DNA of 64,000 nucleotides from a virus (Duplodnaviria > Caudoviricetes): the IMG/VR virus record IMGVR_UViG_3300027689_000001, positions 32,001 to 96,000 of that record; one strand, 5' to 3'. The notes under the pieces were generated by a model. That model saw only the letters and a program-made list of their open reading frames with translations. It was not told the DNA's origin and searched no databases. This document shows, piece after piece, positions 1 to 10,199 of the stretch (its first letter is position 1; each line of letters opens with the position of its first letter). Position numbers and translations under genes: made by a program.

Positions 1-447
1 AAAGTCAATAACTGCTCGTTGCCCGTTATACTCGGCGATACAGTCAACGCGACCTGCCATGCGCAAATGGTCACTATACAGAGCAAGTTCTTGACAATGT
101 ATATTGCTGATGGGATCGAGAATGGGTAGAAATTTTGTGAACATCTCAAGGTCAAGCAACGATGCTTTCGTGCTCGTATACGCTTCTTTCAGATCTTCGT
201 TCTTGAGATATGTCTCGGTCAAAGAGTGAATCTTTGTTCCGCGAGTGGATGACTGCCTAGAGATTTTGTCTGCTTCTTCAGCACCAACACGAGCACGCCA
301 TTTGGCAATTCCGTCTCGACTTAATACAGAAAGAACGGTGGTAGCAGAAGGATACGCTACACCAGAGGCATTAACGTAAACTCTGCTACCATCTTCGTTC
401 GTAGTTGATTGAGCGAAATCTTCATATTCATATATCGTTTTAAACAT
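1..447 (-). CDS. PD-(D/E)XK (Cas4-like) exonuclease of T4-like phages, 3'-truncated by the window edge
   Basis: Not in the ORF track. My translation from the ATG at 447 reads MFKTIYEYEDF...YPSATTVLS...WRARVGAEEA...RGTKIH...E..LYSDHLRMAGRVDCIAEYNGQRAVIDF and stays open to position 1. An early promoter lies directly upstream. Confidence 0.85.
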   Translation of the reverse strand, partial: MFKTIYEYEDFAQSTTNEDGSRVYVNASGVAYPSATTVLSVLSRDGIAKWRARVGAEEADKISRQSSTRGTKIHSLTETYLKNEDLKEAYTSTKASLLDLEMFTKFLPILDPISNIHCQELALYSDHLRMAGRVDCIAEYNGQRAVIDF

Positions 448-452
448 AATTC

Positions 453-481
453 ATTATACTATAATTTTTACGAAAAGTCAA
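453..481 (-). promoter_or_regulatory. sigma70-type early promoter TTGACT-N17-TATAAT
   Basis: Exact hexamers with a 17-nt spacer, 5 nt upstream of the exonuclease ATG. Confidence 0.75.
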
Positions 482-768
482 GCCATTTCGTCAATAAATT
501 CTTTCAATTTAGTTTGATAAAAATAAAAGTAATTAACATCATTCTCTAGTATGGAATAATTTTCATCTTCAACCACAGTATTTGCTTCTGTAATTTCTCT
601 GTTCAATTTTGCAATAAAATCTGCATTAGCAGGATCTTCTGCATCTAATCCATCCAATTGCGCCTGCAACTGAGACGGACGATCTAGTGCAAGTTGTTTT
701 GGTTGGGTTGGCAGACCTGTAAATGCATCACCAAGTGATGCGTGGAAATCTTCTAGTAGTGTTGACAT
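478..768 (-). CDS. hypothetical protein
   Basis: 96-aa ORF with GGAG SD, directly downstream of phoH. Confidence 0.6.
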   Translation of the reverse strand: MSTLLEDFHASLGDAFTGLPTQPKQLALDRPSQLQAQLDGLDAEDPANADFIAKLNREITEANTVVEDENYSILENDVNYFYFYQTKLKEFIDEMA

Positions 769-777
769 TTTTATCTC

Positions 778-1536
778 CTATGCTGCGTAGCGACTTTCGT
801 AATCTAGTCTTGCAATTATGTATTCTTTTACGAGTTTTGATCGAACGATATCGTCTACTGTAAACTCAACAGTTTTAAATGAAGGCATCATATCTGCGAT
901 CGCAATAAACTTTTGCAACCCAGACATATCGTTCTTCTTATATAGGTCAGTTTGACGGAAGTCTCCACAGAAAATGACTTTTGAGTTCTTACCAATACGA
1001 GTCATGATAGAATTAAGTTCCATGTCTGTCATGTTCTGACATTCATCGACAACTACGATCGAATTATCTAGAGTGATACCACGAACGAATGATGTAATAA
1101 GGAAGTGAACCATTTTTTGTTCTTGTAAGCGAGCAAATGGTTGAATATGATTGAAGAGATCTTCGCAGATTTCAACATACGGTAAAGTATAGACTTCTGT
1201 TTTTTCTTTTTCGTCACCTGGAAGGTGACCGATATCTCTTGATGGCACTGCTGAACGTACAATAACGAGACGTTCGAAATTGCTGGAACTATCTAATACT
1301 TCTTCTAATGCTTTATATAGGGCGATGAATGTTTTACCAGTGCCAGCGACACCATGTAGTAGGACTGCGGATGCTTGCTTATCATAAATTTCGAAAAAAG
1401 ATCTTTGATTGAAATTTAGAGGGGAAATTTGTTTCAAATCATTATATGAAACTTTGCATTTAGAACTTCTCTCTTGTTGAATGATAGTTTCGGATGGGGC
1501 GACGAGTTGTAGATTATTTTGCTTTCTTCTCGACAT
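778..1536 (-). CDS. phoH: PhoH family ATPase
   Basis: GVAGTGKT Walker A, RSAVPSRDIGHLPG, RGITLDN, DECQN, GDFRQTD and DIVRS motifs. Confidence 0.95.
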   Translation of the reverse strand: MSRRKQNNLQLVAPSETIIQQERSSKCKVSYNDLKQISPLNFNQRSFFEIYDKQASAVLLHGVAGTGKTFIALYKALEEVLDSSSNFERLVIVRSAVPSRDIGHLPGDEKEKTEVYTLPYVEICEDLFNHIQPFARLQEQKMVHFLITSFVRGITLDNSIVVVDECQNMTDMELNSIMTRIGKNSKVIFCGDFRQTDLYKKNDMSGLQKFIAIADMMPSFKTVEFTVDDIVRSKLVKEYIIARLDYESRYAA

Positions 1537-1572
1537 TTGCAGTCCTTATTTTAACTAGAGGGTTGGTACGAA

Positions 1573-1605
1573 AAAGGCGACTCCACGCAAGGTAGAGTCG
1601 CCTTT
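1573..1605 (-). terminator. intrinsic terminator-like hairpin (potentially bidirectional)
   Basis: Minus strand reads AAAGGCGACTCTAC-CTTGC-GTGGAGTCGCCTTT followed by a T-tract. Confidence 0.7.
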
Positions 1606-1671
1606 ATTTTCCGAGGACATCGGAATCTAAAACTGGGATGGGAGTTCTTTTTTGTTCCATACAAGTATTTA

Positions 1672-2211
1672 TTAAACTGTATCGCTCCACCACTCTGGAA
1701 TCGGACGATTTTTCCATTTTGCAAAACTTTTTTTCGCGCCGATATAATAGTTCTTATATGCCTGAATTGAGTCGAGTGTCTTGTATTCTTCTGGCATACA
1801 CTGAGGCATAGGAGTTATATCACCATCTTTGATATTGGTAGGCAGATTACCCAAATAGGGAATCAATCGTTCAGAAACATGATGCCTACCGTAACGAAAT
1901 GTGTATTCGTCCATAAGATTCCGCCAAAGGGTATACAACCACATGTAGTTACCTGTGGTCTCTCTGCACCAAATGCCTGAAGGATGTTTCATGTGAGATG
2001 CAAGGTATAGATTACTATCACGATCGTCTTCCAATTTCCAACGCATTGCTTTGCGTCCAGAAATAGATTTACCCACATATTCATCACCATCAAGAAGTCG
2101 ATGAGCAGTTGATAGAAGTTGCGCATATTCTAGAATCATTTTGACAACATGTTTGTCAACATGCATCACTGCACACGTCTTGGGGTCTGGATGTAGATAA
2201 AAAATATTCAT
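1672..2211 (-). CDS. pyrimidine-dimer DNA glycosylase / DenV-related phage protein
   Basis: MNIFYL...DKHVVKMILEYAQLLSTAH, HPSGIW, PQCMP and AYKNYY motifs typical of this family. Confidence 0.7.
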   Translation of the reverse strand: MNIFYLHPDPKTCAVMHVDKHVVKMILEYAQLLSTAHRLLDGDEYVGKSISGRKAMRWKLEDDRDSNLYLASHMKHPSGIWCRETTGNYMWLYTLWRNLMDEYTFRYGRHHVSERLIPYLGNLPTNIKDGDITPMPQCMPEEYKTLDSIQAYKNYYIGAKKSFAKWKNRPIPEWWSDTV

Positions 2212-2217
2212 AATGTA

Positions 2218-2496
2218 TTACTCGTCAAATGGAATCTCTTCCATGTTATTAATTATGTTTTGTATCGCATCTTTAGCGACATTACTTATTATACTGTTTC
2301 CTATCGAAAAGTCAAGTGCTTTTCTAACAAAAATTGGATCTAATGCATTCAACATATCTGGTTTATATCTCTTATCACATTCTGGATAAGTATTCAATGC
2401 AGCAAGGACAAGTTCTACTTCGAAGTCCGTATATAAAGATATACGATACCTTCTGTGCGATAGAAATCTATCTGGAAAATTAACTACTCTACCCAT
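2218..2496 (-). CDS. hypothetical protein
   Basis: 92-aa ORF preceded by an AATAAATA late-promoter-like motif. Confidence 0.6.
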   Translation of the reverse strand: MGRVVNFPDRFLSHRRYRISLYTDFEVELVLAALNTYPECDKRYKPDMLNALDPIFVRKALDFSIGNSIISNVAKDAIQNIINNMEEIPFDE

Positions 2497-2510
2497 AACA
2501 ATATTTATTA

Positions 2511-3938
2511 TTAAAAGACCTTCACATTATAGATATTTTGGAACATTGCAGCATCTTTCTTATCATTTACCATTGGAAATCCCTTTACGTTTAAACTGGT
2601 GTTGAGTAACATGGGACAACCTGTTTCTTTATACCATCTTGTCAACAATTCAAACAATCCTGGATGCTGCTGCTCGTTTACAGTTTGGACGCGAGATGTG
2701 CCATCAACGTGAATGATAGCAGGGAACTTTGCAGGAAATTTACATCTTGCAGTAAATTGCATGTAAGGGGATACTTCAACTGGCATCTCAAAATATTCTG
2801 CTGCATGTTGCTCAAGGATGACTGGGGCGAATGGTCTAAACTTTTGTCTGCGCTTAATTGCATTTACTCTGTCCTTAATGTCTGGTCTAGTAGGATCGGC
2901 GAGGAGACTTCGGTTACCAAATGCTCTCGGACCAAACTCCGCCTTTCCACTAGCAACTCCAACTATACCCTCTTTAAGCAAAGAAGTCAATAGTTTTTCT
3001 ACAGGATATTCAGTATCAATATTCTCGCCAAGGTATGGACCTTGCCAGTTTAGTTTTCTGCGATTGTTTGCAGCAATAGCACCAAGAGAACTACCAGCGT
3101 CTCCTGGATTCGGAATGATCCAAATATTCTTGAAGTATTTCAATGCGATATGATTCGCAGAGCAGTTAAGTGCGCAACCCCCTGATAACACTAGGTTATT
3201 TTGTAGAGGGTCTATTTCCTTGGCACGACGAAGCAGTTTATCGAATTCTTCTTCATAAATCTTCTGCGCAGAAGCAGCAAGGTCATAATAATCAGGATCT
3301 TCGTTTTTCAACCACCATTTACAACCACGATGTAAATTAGTTTTTTCGTAGAGTTCGCGCATGTCCCAATAGTGTTTATTGGGATTACCATATGCTGCCA
3401 TACCCATCAGGATATATTCATCTTCGTTTGGTTTCAATCCAACTCTGTCTGTTATAGCGGAATAGAATAGGCCAAGAGATTTCGGATAATCCATATTCCA
3501 CTTTTTCTTAAGAGTCTCATCGGCGCATAACCAAATAGATGCTGTATCAAATTCACCGATGGCATCAATTACTAGAGCAGTTGCAGATTCAAACTGAGAA
3601 GTATAATACCCAGCAGCAGCATGTGATTCGTGATGCGACGCAAATTCAACAGGAACTTGGAGTCCAAATTCATCCTCTAGATATCGCCGAACACTGAAAC
3701 GAACCAGTCCTTGCCCTGAAAGTAATCTACGCATTGCTCGTAGTTTTGGTTTCTCATACCAGTGGATTTTTTCTGGTTTACCAAACTTCAGCGCTGCTTC
3801 GATAAGATCTAGATTCAGATACTTGTCATTTTTGATTCCGCTATACCGTTCTGCGCTTGACGCGAATAGGATTTCTCTGCCACTGACAACAGTCAAAGCA
3901 GCATCATGTGCACCAGCAGAGATTCCCCACTCAATCAC
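2511..3938 (-). CDS. carbamoyltransferase (NodU/CmcH family)
   Basis: HDAA, ERYS..KND, HHESHAA, DAIGE, SLGLFY, EYILMGMAAYG, GGCALNC, GDAG, EFGPRAFGNRS, FRPFAP, HVDGTSRVQTV and LLNTSLN motifs. Confidence 0.95.
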   Translation of the reverse strand: MIEWGISAGAHDAALTVVSGREILFASSAERYSGIKNDKYLNLDLIEAALKFGKPEKIHWYEKPKLRAMRRLLSGQGLVRFSVRRYLEDEFGLQVPVEFASHHESHAAAGYYTSQFESATALVIDAIGEFDTASIWLCADETLKKKWNMDYPKSLGLFYSAITDRVGLKPNEDEYILMGMAAYGNPNKHYWDMRELYEKTNLHRGCKWWLKNEDPDYYDLAASAQKIYEEEFDKLLRRAKEIDPLQNNLVLSGGCALNCSANHIALKYFKNIWIIPNPGDAGSSLGAIAANNRRKLNWQGPYLGENIDTEYPVEKLLTSLLKEGIVGVASGKAEFGPRAFGNRSLLADPTRPDIKDRVNAIKRRQKFRPFAPVILEQHAAEYFEMPVEVSPYMQFTARCKFPAKFPAIIHVDGTSRVQTVNEQQHPGLFELLTRWYKETGCPMLLNTSLNVKGFPMVNDKKDAAMFQNIYNVKVF

Positions 3939-4782
3939 TATACATCTGTTCTAGTTTTTCAATTACAAGGTTTGCATATTTTTGATGGGATTCAATTCGG
4001 GGGTGTCCGAATACATGATGATTCTTAACATTAGTAATAGGATTTCCGGAAATTACTGTAAGACCAGTGGTATTAATCTCATTATTTGACGGCAGCATAG
4101 AAGCACACAAATCAACGAACTCAGAAAAATTCTTAGTTTTCAGTTCTTCTGAGAACGTATACGGTAAAAAGGTATCTTTACCAAAAACATAGCATAGTTT
4201 AATTCGTCCATCTAATCTGTCAGATAGAGTAGACAAAATCATAAGTTCTTTATAGTAATTATATAGTATATTGTAGGCATTAACCCAATGATGTTCTATT
4301 TGTGTTTTGAACTCACTGGAGAAGTTGGATTCCCATGTAGACTCTGTAAACTTAGAACCAAAAATCCCTCCACCAACATCGCCAGTTTCTAAAAATTGAA
4401 ACCATCTAAATGGAGAAGTAACTCCTGCTAAAATAAAATCATCGTTCTGTATTTTAGAATTGTGTAAATCGGATAAAATTCTATATGTTGCATCTGCTAA
4501 ACTGGATCCTGCTCTTGCTCTATTATGCAGAGGTTTATCAAATCTTTTTGCGACATAATTCGGCCAACTTTTAGTTGCATTAAGACGTAGTATATCGCTA
4601 ATTGTATTTGATGATACGTTTAAACTTTCATACAAATCGCGAGGACCTGTTATGTTAGCGTTTTTTACATGAGCAAACAGATCCCTTTCTGACATATTAA
4701 AAAATTCGTGATCCGTCAATTCGGATCCTGCAGTCATACTACATCCATAACTAATGATTCTGTTATACGGAAACTTAATCAT
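3931..4782 (-). CDS. SGNH/GDSL-like hypothetical protein
   Basis: YGCSMTAG block, SWP, ARAGSS and C-terminal GHP...H; overlaps the carbamoyltransferase start. Confidence 0.55.
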   Translation of the reverse strand: MIKFPYNRIISYGCSMTAGSELTDHEFFNMSERDLFAHVKNANITGPRDLYESLNVSSNTISDILRLNATKSWPNYVAKRFDKPLHNRARAGSSLADATYRILSDLHNSKIQNDDFILAGVTSPFRWFQFLETGDVGGGIFGSKFTESTWESNFSSEFKTQIEHHWVNAYNILYNYYKELMILSTLSDRLDGRIKLCYVFGKDTFLPYTFSEELKTKNFSEFVDLCASMLPSNNEINTTGLTVISGNPITNVKNHHVFGHPRIESHQKYANLVIEKLEQMYSD

Positions 4783-4879
4783 ATATGAAAGGGTCCATTT
4801 TTCTTATTTTTTGTAATCTCTTTTTTACTCTTCTAGATTGTAAATAAGAACGAATTATCGTTAATATTTTTTTAAACAT
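4775..4879 (-). CDS. small basic protein MFKKILTIIRSYLQSRRVKKRLQKIRKMDPFIYD (34 aa)
   Basis: Below the ORF-track cutoff. It exactly fills the gap and overlaps both neighbouring genes; ends in DPFIYD. Confidence 0.6.
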   Translation of the reverse strand: MFKKILTIIRSYLQSRRVKKRLQKIRKMDPFIYD

Positions 4880-6404
4880 AATAGTTATATCCTTTTAACT
4901 CATCACTAATATAACCTGATTCCATCGTCGCTGGGTCGCCCGCACGACTGCTGATTTTGCTATCTACATACTTATTTGTTAGTATTTCATCTTTTGTTGG
5001 AACCGCAACATCAATGTTATCTATAAAGTGTGCAAACTCTGGAAATGTTGTTTTGAAATCTTTGCCACGACGCACGTCGTATTGTATATAGAAGTTCTTA
5101 AAGTCGTTCCAAAGTTTTCCTTCTTCTGCTGTATCACTGTGCGGCGTTTTAATAATGTCTAGATAATCTATCAATCGTTCAACTTGTGCATATTCCCACT
5201 CACCAAGTAACGGTTGAGAGTTGCAGTCGTTGTCTGTTAAGTGTTTAGATTTTCTATTATCATACCATGTCTGTAGTTTGTCCCGATAAAATTCTTTGAT
5301 ATTGATCGGAAGGATAGCAGGACTTTGGAAACTTGGGAATCGTAGTATGTTCAATGAAATTTGGCAGTAACGATTACCATACTTGCGCTTAAACTCAAGC
5401 ATCTCATCCATAAATTCTGTTATGCTTGATAAACATAGACCGTTTATTGTCATCATCACAACAATCGACTTAAAATTTCCCTCGACGATAATCCGTTCTA
5501 AGTTTATTATCCATTGTTTGTAATCCATGCCATCGCGGATGTATTCGCTATGCGCACCAACTGATTCATTACTAGTGTATAAATCAAGATGTGGTACATG
5601 ATGACTTACCTCAATAAACTTATCAAGTAGATCCTGTTTGGGAACTAGATTGGAGTTTACAGCGTAACGCAGTTTCTTACCCTTTTCAGGATTGTTTTTG
5701 AACCAGTCAAACAATTTCCACACTGATGCTGCCATCAAAGGTTCACCGCCAGTGATGCGGATCTCTTCTAAGTTGTCCTGTAGTCCACTTTCCCACCATT
5801 TCCAAAATGCTTGGATGTAAGGATTGTTTCCTTCTTTGTCTGCTGCACTCGCCGCCCATGGTGCATCGTCTACGTAGTGTCCGCGAGAATCGCTGATGAT
5901 GTTACGGTATGGACCATGCTTCTTAATATCTTTGACCCAACTTGTGCTGAATGATGGGTTGCAATATGAACAAGCAAAATTACAGGTGCGGTCAAAACTA
6001 ACCTCTAGTATCTTGAGCATCACATCTTGCTCCCACGGCATGTCAACGGTGGTCTTTATATCTTCTTCCTTATAGATGTGAGTTTTCATCACACGGTCAG
6101 AAATCAAATCCTTACCAATATCTTCGACCTTCCAACAATACTCACATTCGTTGGGTCTTTTACCTTCTTGCATCAACTTACGCATCTTCTTCTTATGCTG
6201 CGTATTATGAATTGCAGATGGATTGGTCTTGATTTCTTCAGGATCAATCTTGTGCGCTGGAGGGTGATGGCATGATGTTGTCTGACCATGACCTAACCAA
6301 ATCGTAGCATTGTACCATTTTGCGGCGCAGTAACTTTCGCTGATGGGATCTATCACTCGAACTTTATATTGTGACAGTGACTCGTCTGGTTTATATGTCT
6401 TCAT
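4872..6404 (-). CDS. twitch/SPASM-domain radical SAM protein (array copy 6; paralog of 10183-11739)
   Basis: CAAKW...SCHH, CEYCW, CNFACSYC (CxxxCxxC) and ITGGEPL. Start placed at MKTYK (6404), overlapping the upstream stop. Confidence 0.9.
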   Translation of the reverse strand: MKTYKPDESLSQYKVRVIDPISESYCAAKWYNATIWLGHGQTTSCHHPPAHKIDPEEIKTNPSAIHNTQHKKKMRKLMQEGKRPNECEYCWKVEDIGKDLISDRVMKTHIYKEEDIKTTVDMPWEQDVMLKILEVSFDRTCNFACSYCNPSFSTSWVKDIKKHGPYRNIISDSRGHYVDDAPWAASAADKEGNNPYIQAFWKWWESGLQDNLEEIRITGGEPLMAASVWKLFDWFKNNPEKGKKLRYAVNSNLVPKQDLLDKFIEVSHHVPHLDLYTSNESVGAHSEYIRDGMDYKQWIINLERIIVEGNFKSIVVMMTINGLCLSSITEFMDEMLEFKRKYGNRYCQISLNILRFPSFQSPAILPINIKEFYRDKLQTWYDNRKSKHLTDNDCNSQPLLGEWEYAQVERLIDYLDIIKTPHSDTAEEGKLWNDFKNFYIQYDVRRGKDFKTTFPEFAHFIDNIDVAVPTKDEILTNKYVDSKISSRAGDPATMESGYISDELKGYNYYV

Positions 6405-7584
6405 AGTTGATTGCTTTACAAAACTCAGGGAAAACATCAGAGAACAGTGTATTTCTGTAAGTGTCCAGTCTTTTATTATATGAAATAAATTGCCGAAACT
6501 TAGTTTCGTTACCATCTTTACGTAATGTCTGTGTTATGTTGTTACGAACATAATCAGGCATGGTTTGAATTTTCTCTATTACTTTTTCTTTAACTTCAGT
6601 AGGTAGATTCCAAGGACTTAGAAAATCTGGATCATAACACCAGTTATGATGTACCTTATATTCTTTGAAATAATCGAAAAATTCTTTGACATAAAATATA
6701 TTGTAACTGCTAATAGTTTGGCAAATACTTAAATCTATCCAATCTGCACCATTTAATTTAGAAAGATTAACAAGAAGTTCTTCCCAATTACTACCAGACC
6801 GTATGTAAGTATTTCTCTCATGAATATCATCAATACTAGCAGTGATAGAAGATTTCTTAAAATTCTTTAGTATTTCGAACAGTCTTTGTGGAATAGAAGT
6901 TAAATTGATATTATACCAAAGTTCGATATTCTGAGAAAGTCCACTTTCAACAAGCATGTCAAGATAATCTAAATGATGCATCATCAATGTTGGTTCGCCA
7001 CCATTGACATAGATTCGTTTTAGTTTAGAAGACTTATCATATAAATCTGCCCAGAAATCTTTATTGAGATACCAATCAACCTCAAACACTTTATAGTTGG
7101 TAACAAAATCTAATTCAGTTTGAAGTTTGTTATAATCTTTAATCCACTTAGAACTTGATATTGGATTGCAGGTTCTGCATTTTAAATTGCAAATATTACC
7201 AAGTCTCAATTCAATGAATTCTAGATCGATTTCAGTGATCCTACCATCAACTTCCATCTTCTCAACAATAGCAGGAACAGAAGAAAGATATCTTCCATTT
7301 TCTTCAAGTCGTTTGCTCTTAATGCCCACTCGTTCTTCATCATAACATCTAGTGCATGCTGCAGGTTCTATTCCTTGCAGCATTTCTAGTCTTGCAGTTT
7401 TAAATGTTTCTGAGTTTAAGACATCGTCAACCTTAGAGTTATTTAAAGTTAAGATTTTACCGTCATTTTTAGCATGACTAGCACAGTTCTTGTGATCGCT
7501 AATACAACATAGACTTACATTTCCATTCGGATGTGTTGCTAGATGTAGAAATGGTAATGCACAAACTTTAGATAAATTTATCAA
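6391..7584 (-). CDS. twitch/SPASM-domain radical SAM protein (copy 5)
   Basis: CALPF...LCC, CTRC, CNLKCRTC and NGGEP. Probable TTG start at 7584 with GGAG SD. Confidence 0.88.
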   Translation of the reverse strand: MINLSKVCALPFLHLATHPNGNVSLCCISDHKNCASHAKNDGKILTLNNSKVDDVLNSETFKTARLEMLQGIEPAACTRCYDEERVGIKSKRLEENGRYLSSVPAIVEKMEVDGRITEIDLEFIELRLGNICNLKCRTCNPISSSKWIKDYNKLQTELDFVTNYKVFEVDWYLNKDFWADLYDKSSKLKRIYVNGGEPTLMMHHLDYLDMLVESGLSQNIELWYNINLTSIPQRLFEILKNFKKSSITASIDDIHERNTYIRSGSNWEELLVNLSKLNGADWIDLSICQTISSYNIFYVKEFFDYFKEYKVHHNWCYDPDFLSPWNLPTEVKEKVIEKIQTMPDYVRNNITQTLRKDGNETKFRQFISYNKRLDTYRNTLFSDVFPEFCKAINYEDI

Positions 7585-8809
7585 AACTTTTCTCCATCCA
7601 TGGATAAACACTTCTCCAACTTTGTCCCCTGCGTTGGTCAAGTCGATTTAAGTAGTTTTTCAGACGTTGTAATTTTACAGGGTCAGGTTCAGTCGAAACG
7701 ATCATATTACCAAAACCAGCAATATATGCTGTTGCATCTTTCCAGGGGCTGTTGGCAAGCGAATCATTCAATTTGTCTACAAACGGTTTCAATTCAGAAC
7801 CGAAAATTGCTGGATCCATAAACGTAGGAGAAGCAACAATATTAGCACCATAATTAATATGTTTTATCTTAGACCATTCGATTAATTTATCGACCAAAAC
7901 ATAAGCAGTCGGTAATGTTACTGACGATAATGTCGCCTGAATCGAGATCTTAACATTTTTTGATTGCAATAGAATGTTAAAATTATCTTGCCAGTTTTCT
8001 AGGGACATACCATGTCTAGCAAATTCTGCTTCTTTATCCCAGCAATCTATACTACAAACAATTTCAACCGATTTCAATTTACCATCTTCGACAAGTTTAT
8101 CGAGTTTTTGTATCGTTGCAATAAATTTAGGAGTAGGATGTTTGAGGTTTGAAAAGATTTTCCAATTTAATCTTGGGTGAGATCTTTGTTCAAAGAAACT
8201 TAAACATTCATAAAATTCTGGTTGGTATAATGGTTCACCGCCGAGCACTTGAAAGTCAAACAGTTCTTTGGAGTTGAAGTCCATCCAACTCCAAAATTTC
8301 TCTTTTATTTCAGCATAATTATCGACTGGTTTAAACGAACCGTCTAAATCATATTCGGATTCTAATGGACCATATTTCTTAATTTCTTGTTCGATTACGG
8401 AACTAAAAAGAGCATTGCAGTATACACATGCTTGATTACAAAGATTAGTAAAATAAACTTCTAAAATTCTTGGAGTAACTTTAGTTGCAAATGGATTATC
8501 TTTTAGTTCTGGGGGGCAACAATCGGCATCATTAATATATGCAGTGCGCTCACTCTCTCCACCAGCATCTTCAATTCTCTTGCAATATTCGCAACCGTTT
8601 CCAGGCCATTGTCCGTCAAGCATCTTCTCTCGATCTTTGACCTTTCCTGGATGGTTGTGGAAATCTTTAAAATCGATTTCATTCAAATCCCAACTATTGC
8701 ATCTGTGACAACTAGAGGTTGTGCCCTTTGAGAGAAAAATAGTACTCCACGTCCATTTGAATTGACATGCAGTTTTAGTTTCTATTGGAAACTTATGATA
8801 ATCAGTCAT
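7568..8809 (-). CDS. twitch/SPASM-domain radical SAM protein (copy 4)
   Basis: CQFKW...SCHRC, CEYC, CNQACVYC and LGGEPL. Confidence 0.9.
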   Translation of the reverse strand: MTDYHKFPIETKTACQFKWTWSTIFLSKGTTSSCHRCNSWDLNEIDFKDFHNHPGKVKDREKMLDGQWPGNGCEYCKRIEDAGGESERTAYINDADCCPPELKDNPFATKVTPRILEVYFTNLCNQACVYCNALFSSVIEQEIKKYGPLESEYDLDGSFKPVDNYAEIKEKFWSWMDFNSKELFDFQVLGGEPLYQPEFYECLSFFEQRSHPRLNWKIFSNLKHPTPKFIATIQKLDKLVEDGKLKSVEIVCSIDCWDKEAEFARHGMSLENWQDNFNILLQSKNVKISIQATLSSVTLPTAYVLVDKLIEWSKIKHINYGANIVASPTFMDPAIFGSELKPFVDKLNDSLANSPWKDATAYIAGFGNMIVSTEPDPVKLQRLKNYLNRLDQRRGQSWRSVYPWMEKSFDKFI

Positions 8810-10199
8810 GTCTTGTCCACCAATCGTATAATTCTGGATCTTCAGAATATATAGTTCTCAAATTAAGATTAGAATCATTTCTAATATGATCTAATAATTT
8901 TTGGTAATTCAATCCATTTTTAAATGATTGTTCTGCCTCATCGGGCCATTGTTCTTGAAAAGTTGGTCTATTCTTCATTTCCTGTAATGTTTTAATCAGA
9001 GTAAGTTGTTTATTCGTTCCACGGGGAATCATATACTCCAACAGAGAATCAATATGACGATCCAGAATATGTCGAGGCCAAGCAAACGGACTGAATACAA
9101 TATCTGCATGAAATGCAAACATAATTTTAGTTTCAATTCTAACGTCTAGTTCTTTACTGAGGTCGAAAAGGTTTTTGAGACTAAACATTCCTGGACCAGT
9201 AATGGTTAGATCAAGAACCATACGATCTTTGCCGTGTGGTAACTCGAGTCCTTTCTTAAAGTTCTCTAACCACTCTTTCCAAACTATTCCTTTGCGAATA
9301 AACTCTACGATCTCATCAGTTCCATCTATGCTTGCACAGATCAACCAGTTCTTAAACTGCGGGAGATAGTCATAAAGATTCTTACCGAAATAATCAACTC
9401 TACTTAGATTTGTATTATAACGTAAGTGGCAATTCTTTGCGCTGCCATTATCTACCATTTCTTGTAACGCCCACCAGTGGATATCATACATCAATGGTTC
9501 GCCGCCAACCCAGTAGCACTCTTCCACAATACCTCGAGTTACAGCATCGCGAAATTCTTCCTCTACCACTTCGGTCTGAAATTTTTGCATCTTTGCTTTG
9601 ACTTCTGGAATCATGAATGGTTGATTCTGTTTCGACCACATATTATGCTTACGCTTTTCTGCTTCCCAAGAAGAACTTAACTGTTCTCCGCACATGCGAC
9701 ATTTGAAATTACACAGATTACTAAACCGATAATCAAACGAAATAGGTTCCATTGTGGTATGACCTGTTTCGTCGGTTGAGTCAAAACATTCTTGAATCTT
9801 ATCATTAAATAGTGCGCCAGTGAACCAACTGCGATAGTTACTTACGCTGAGAATATCGTCGTTGCAAACATCGCACTGCGAGATACGTTCTCCCGCCATT
9901 AACTTGCGACGAATGTCTTTCATATATTCGCTGTTCCAGTGTTCCTTCAACGAGACTGGATTAAAATCATCTACCTCTGTTTTGCTTTCAGTAACTTCAC
10001 CATACTTGGAGTCATTACTCGCGTCGATGTATTGTTTCTGGAAACTATGCTGTTCTCTACTTGCACAGCACAGTCGTCTTTCCGCCTGTGGACTAATATA
10101 GGTGTGAGTCCACGGAGCAGTGCAAAAGACTTTATTTGGACTGTCTTCTTTTACTTTACCATGTTCCCACACAGGAAGAATTTTATCGCTCATTGACAC
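8802..10199 (-). CDS. twitch/SPASM-domain radical SAM protein (copy 3)
   Basis: CTAPW...LCC, CDVC, CNFKCRMC and VGGEPL. Confidence 0.9.
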   Translation of the reverse strand: MSMSDKILPVWEHGKVKEDSPNKVFCTAPWTHTYISPQAERRLCCASREQHSFQKQYIDASNDSKYGEVTESKTEVDDFNPVSLKEHWNSEYMKDIRRKLMAGERISQCDVCNDDILSVSNYRSWFTGALFNDKIQECFDSTDETGHTTMEPISFDYRFSNLCNFKCRMCGEQLSSSWEAEKRKHNMWSKQNQPFMIPEVKAKMQKFQTEVVEEEFRDAVTRGIVEECYWVGGEPLMYDIHWWALQEMVDNGSAKNCHLRYNTNLSRVDYFGKNLYDYLPQFKNWLICASIDGTDEIVEFIRKGIVWKEWLENFKKGLELPHGKDRMVLDLTITGPGMFSLKNLFDLSKELDVRIETKIMFAFHADIVFSPFAWPRHILDRHIDSLLEYMIPRGTNKQLTLIKTLQEMKNRPTFQEQWPDEAEQSFKNGLNYQKLLDHIRNDSNLNLRTIYSEDPELYDWWTRHD

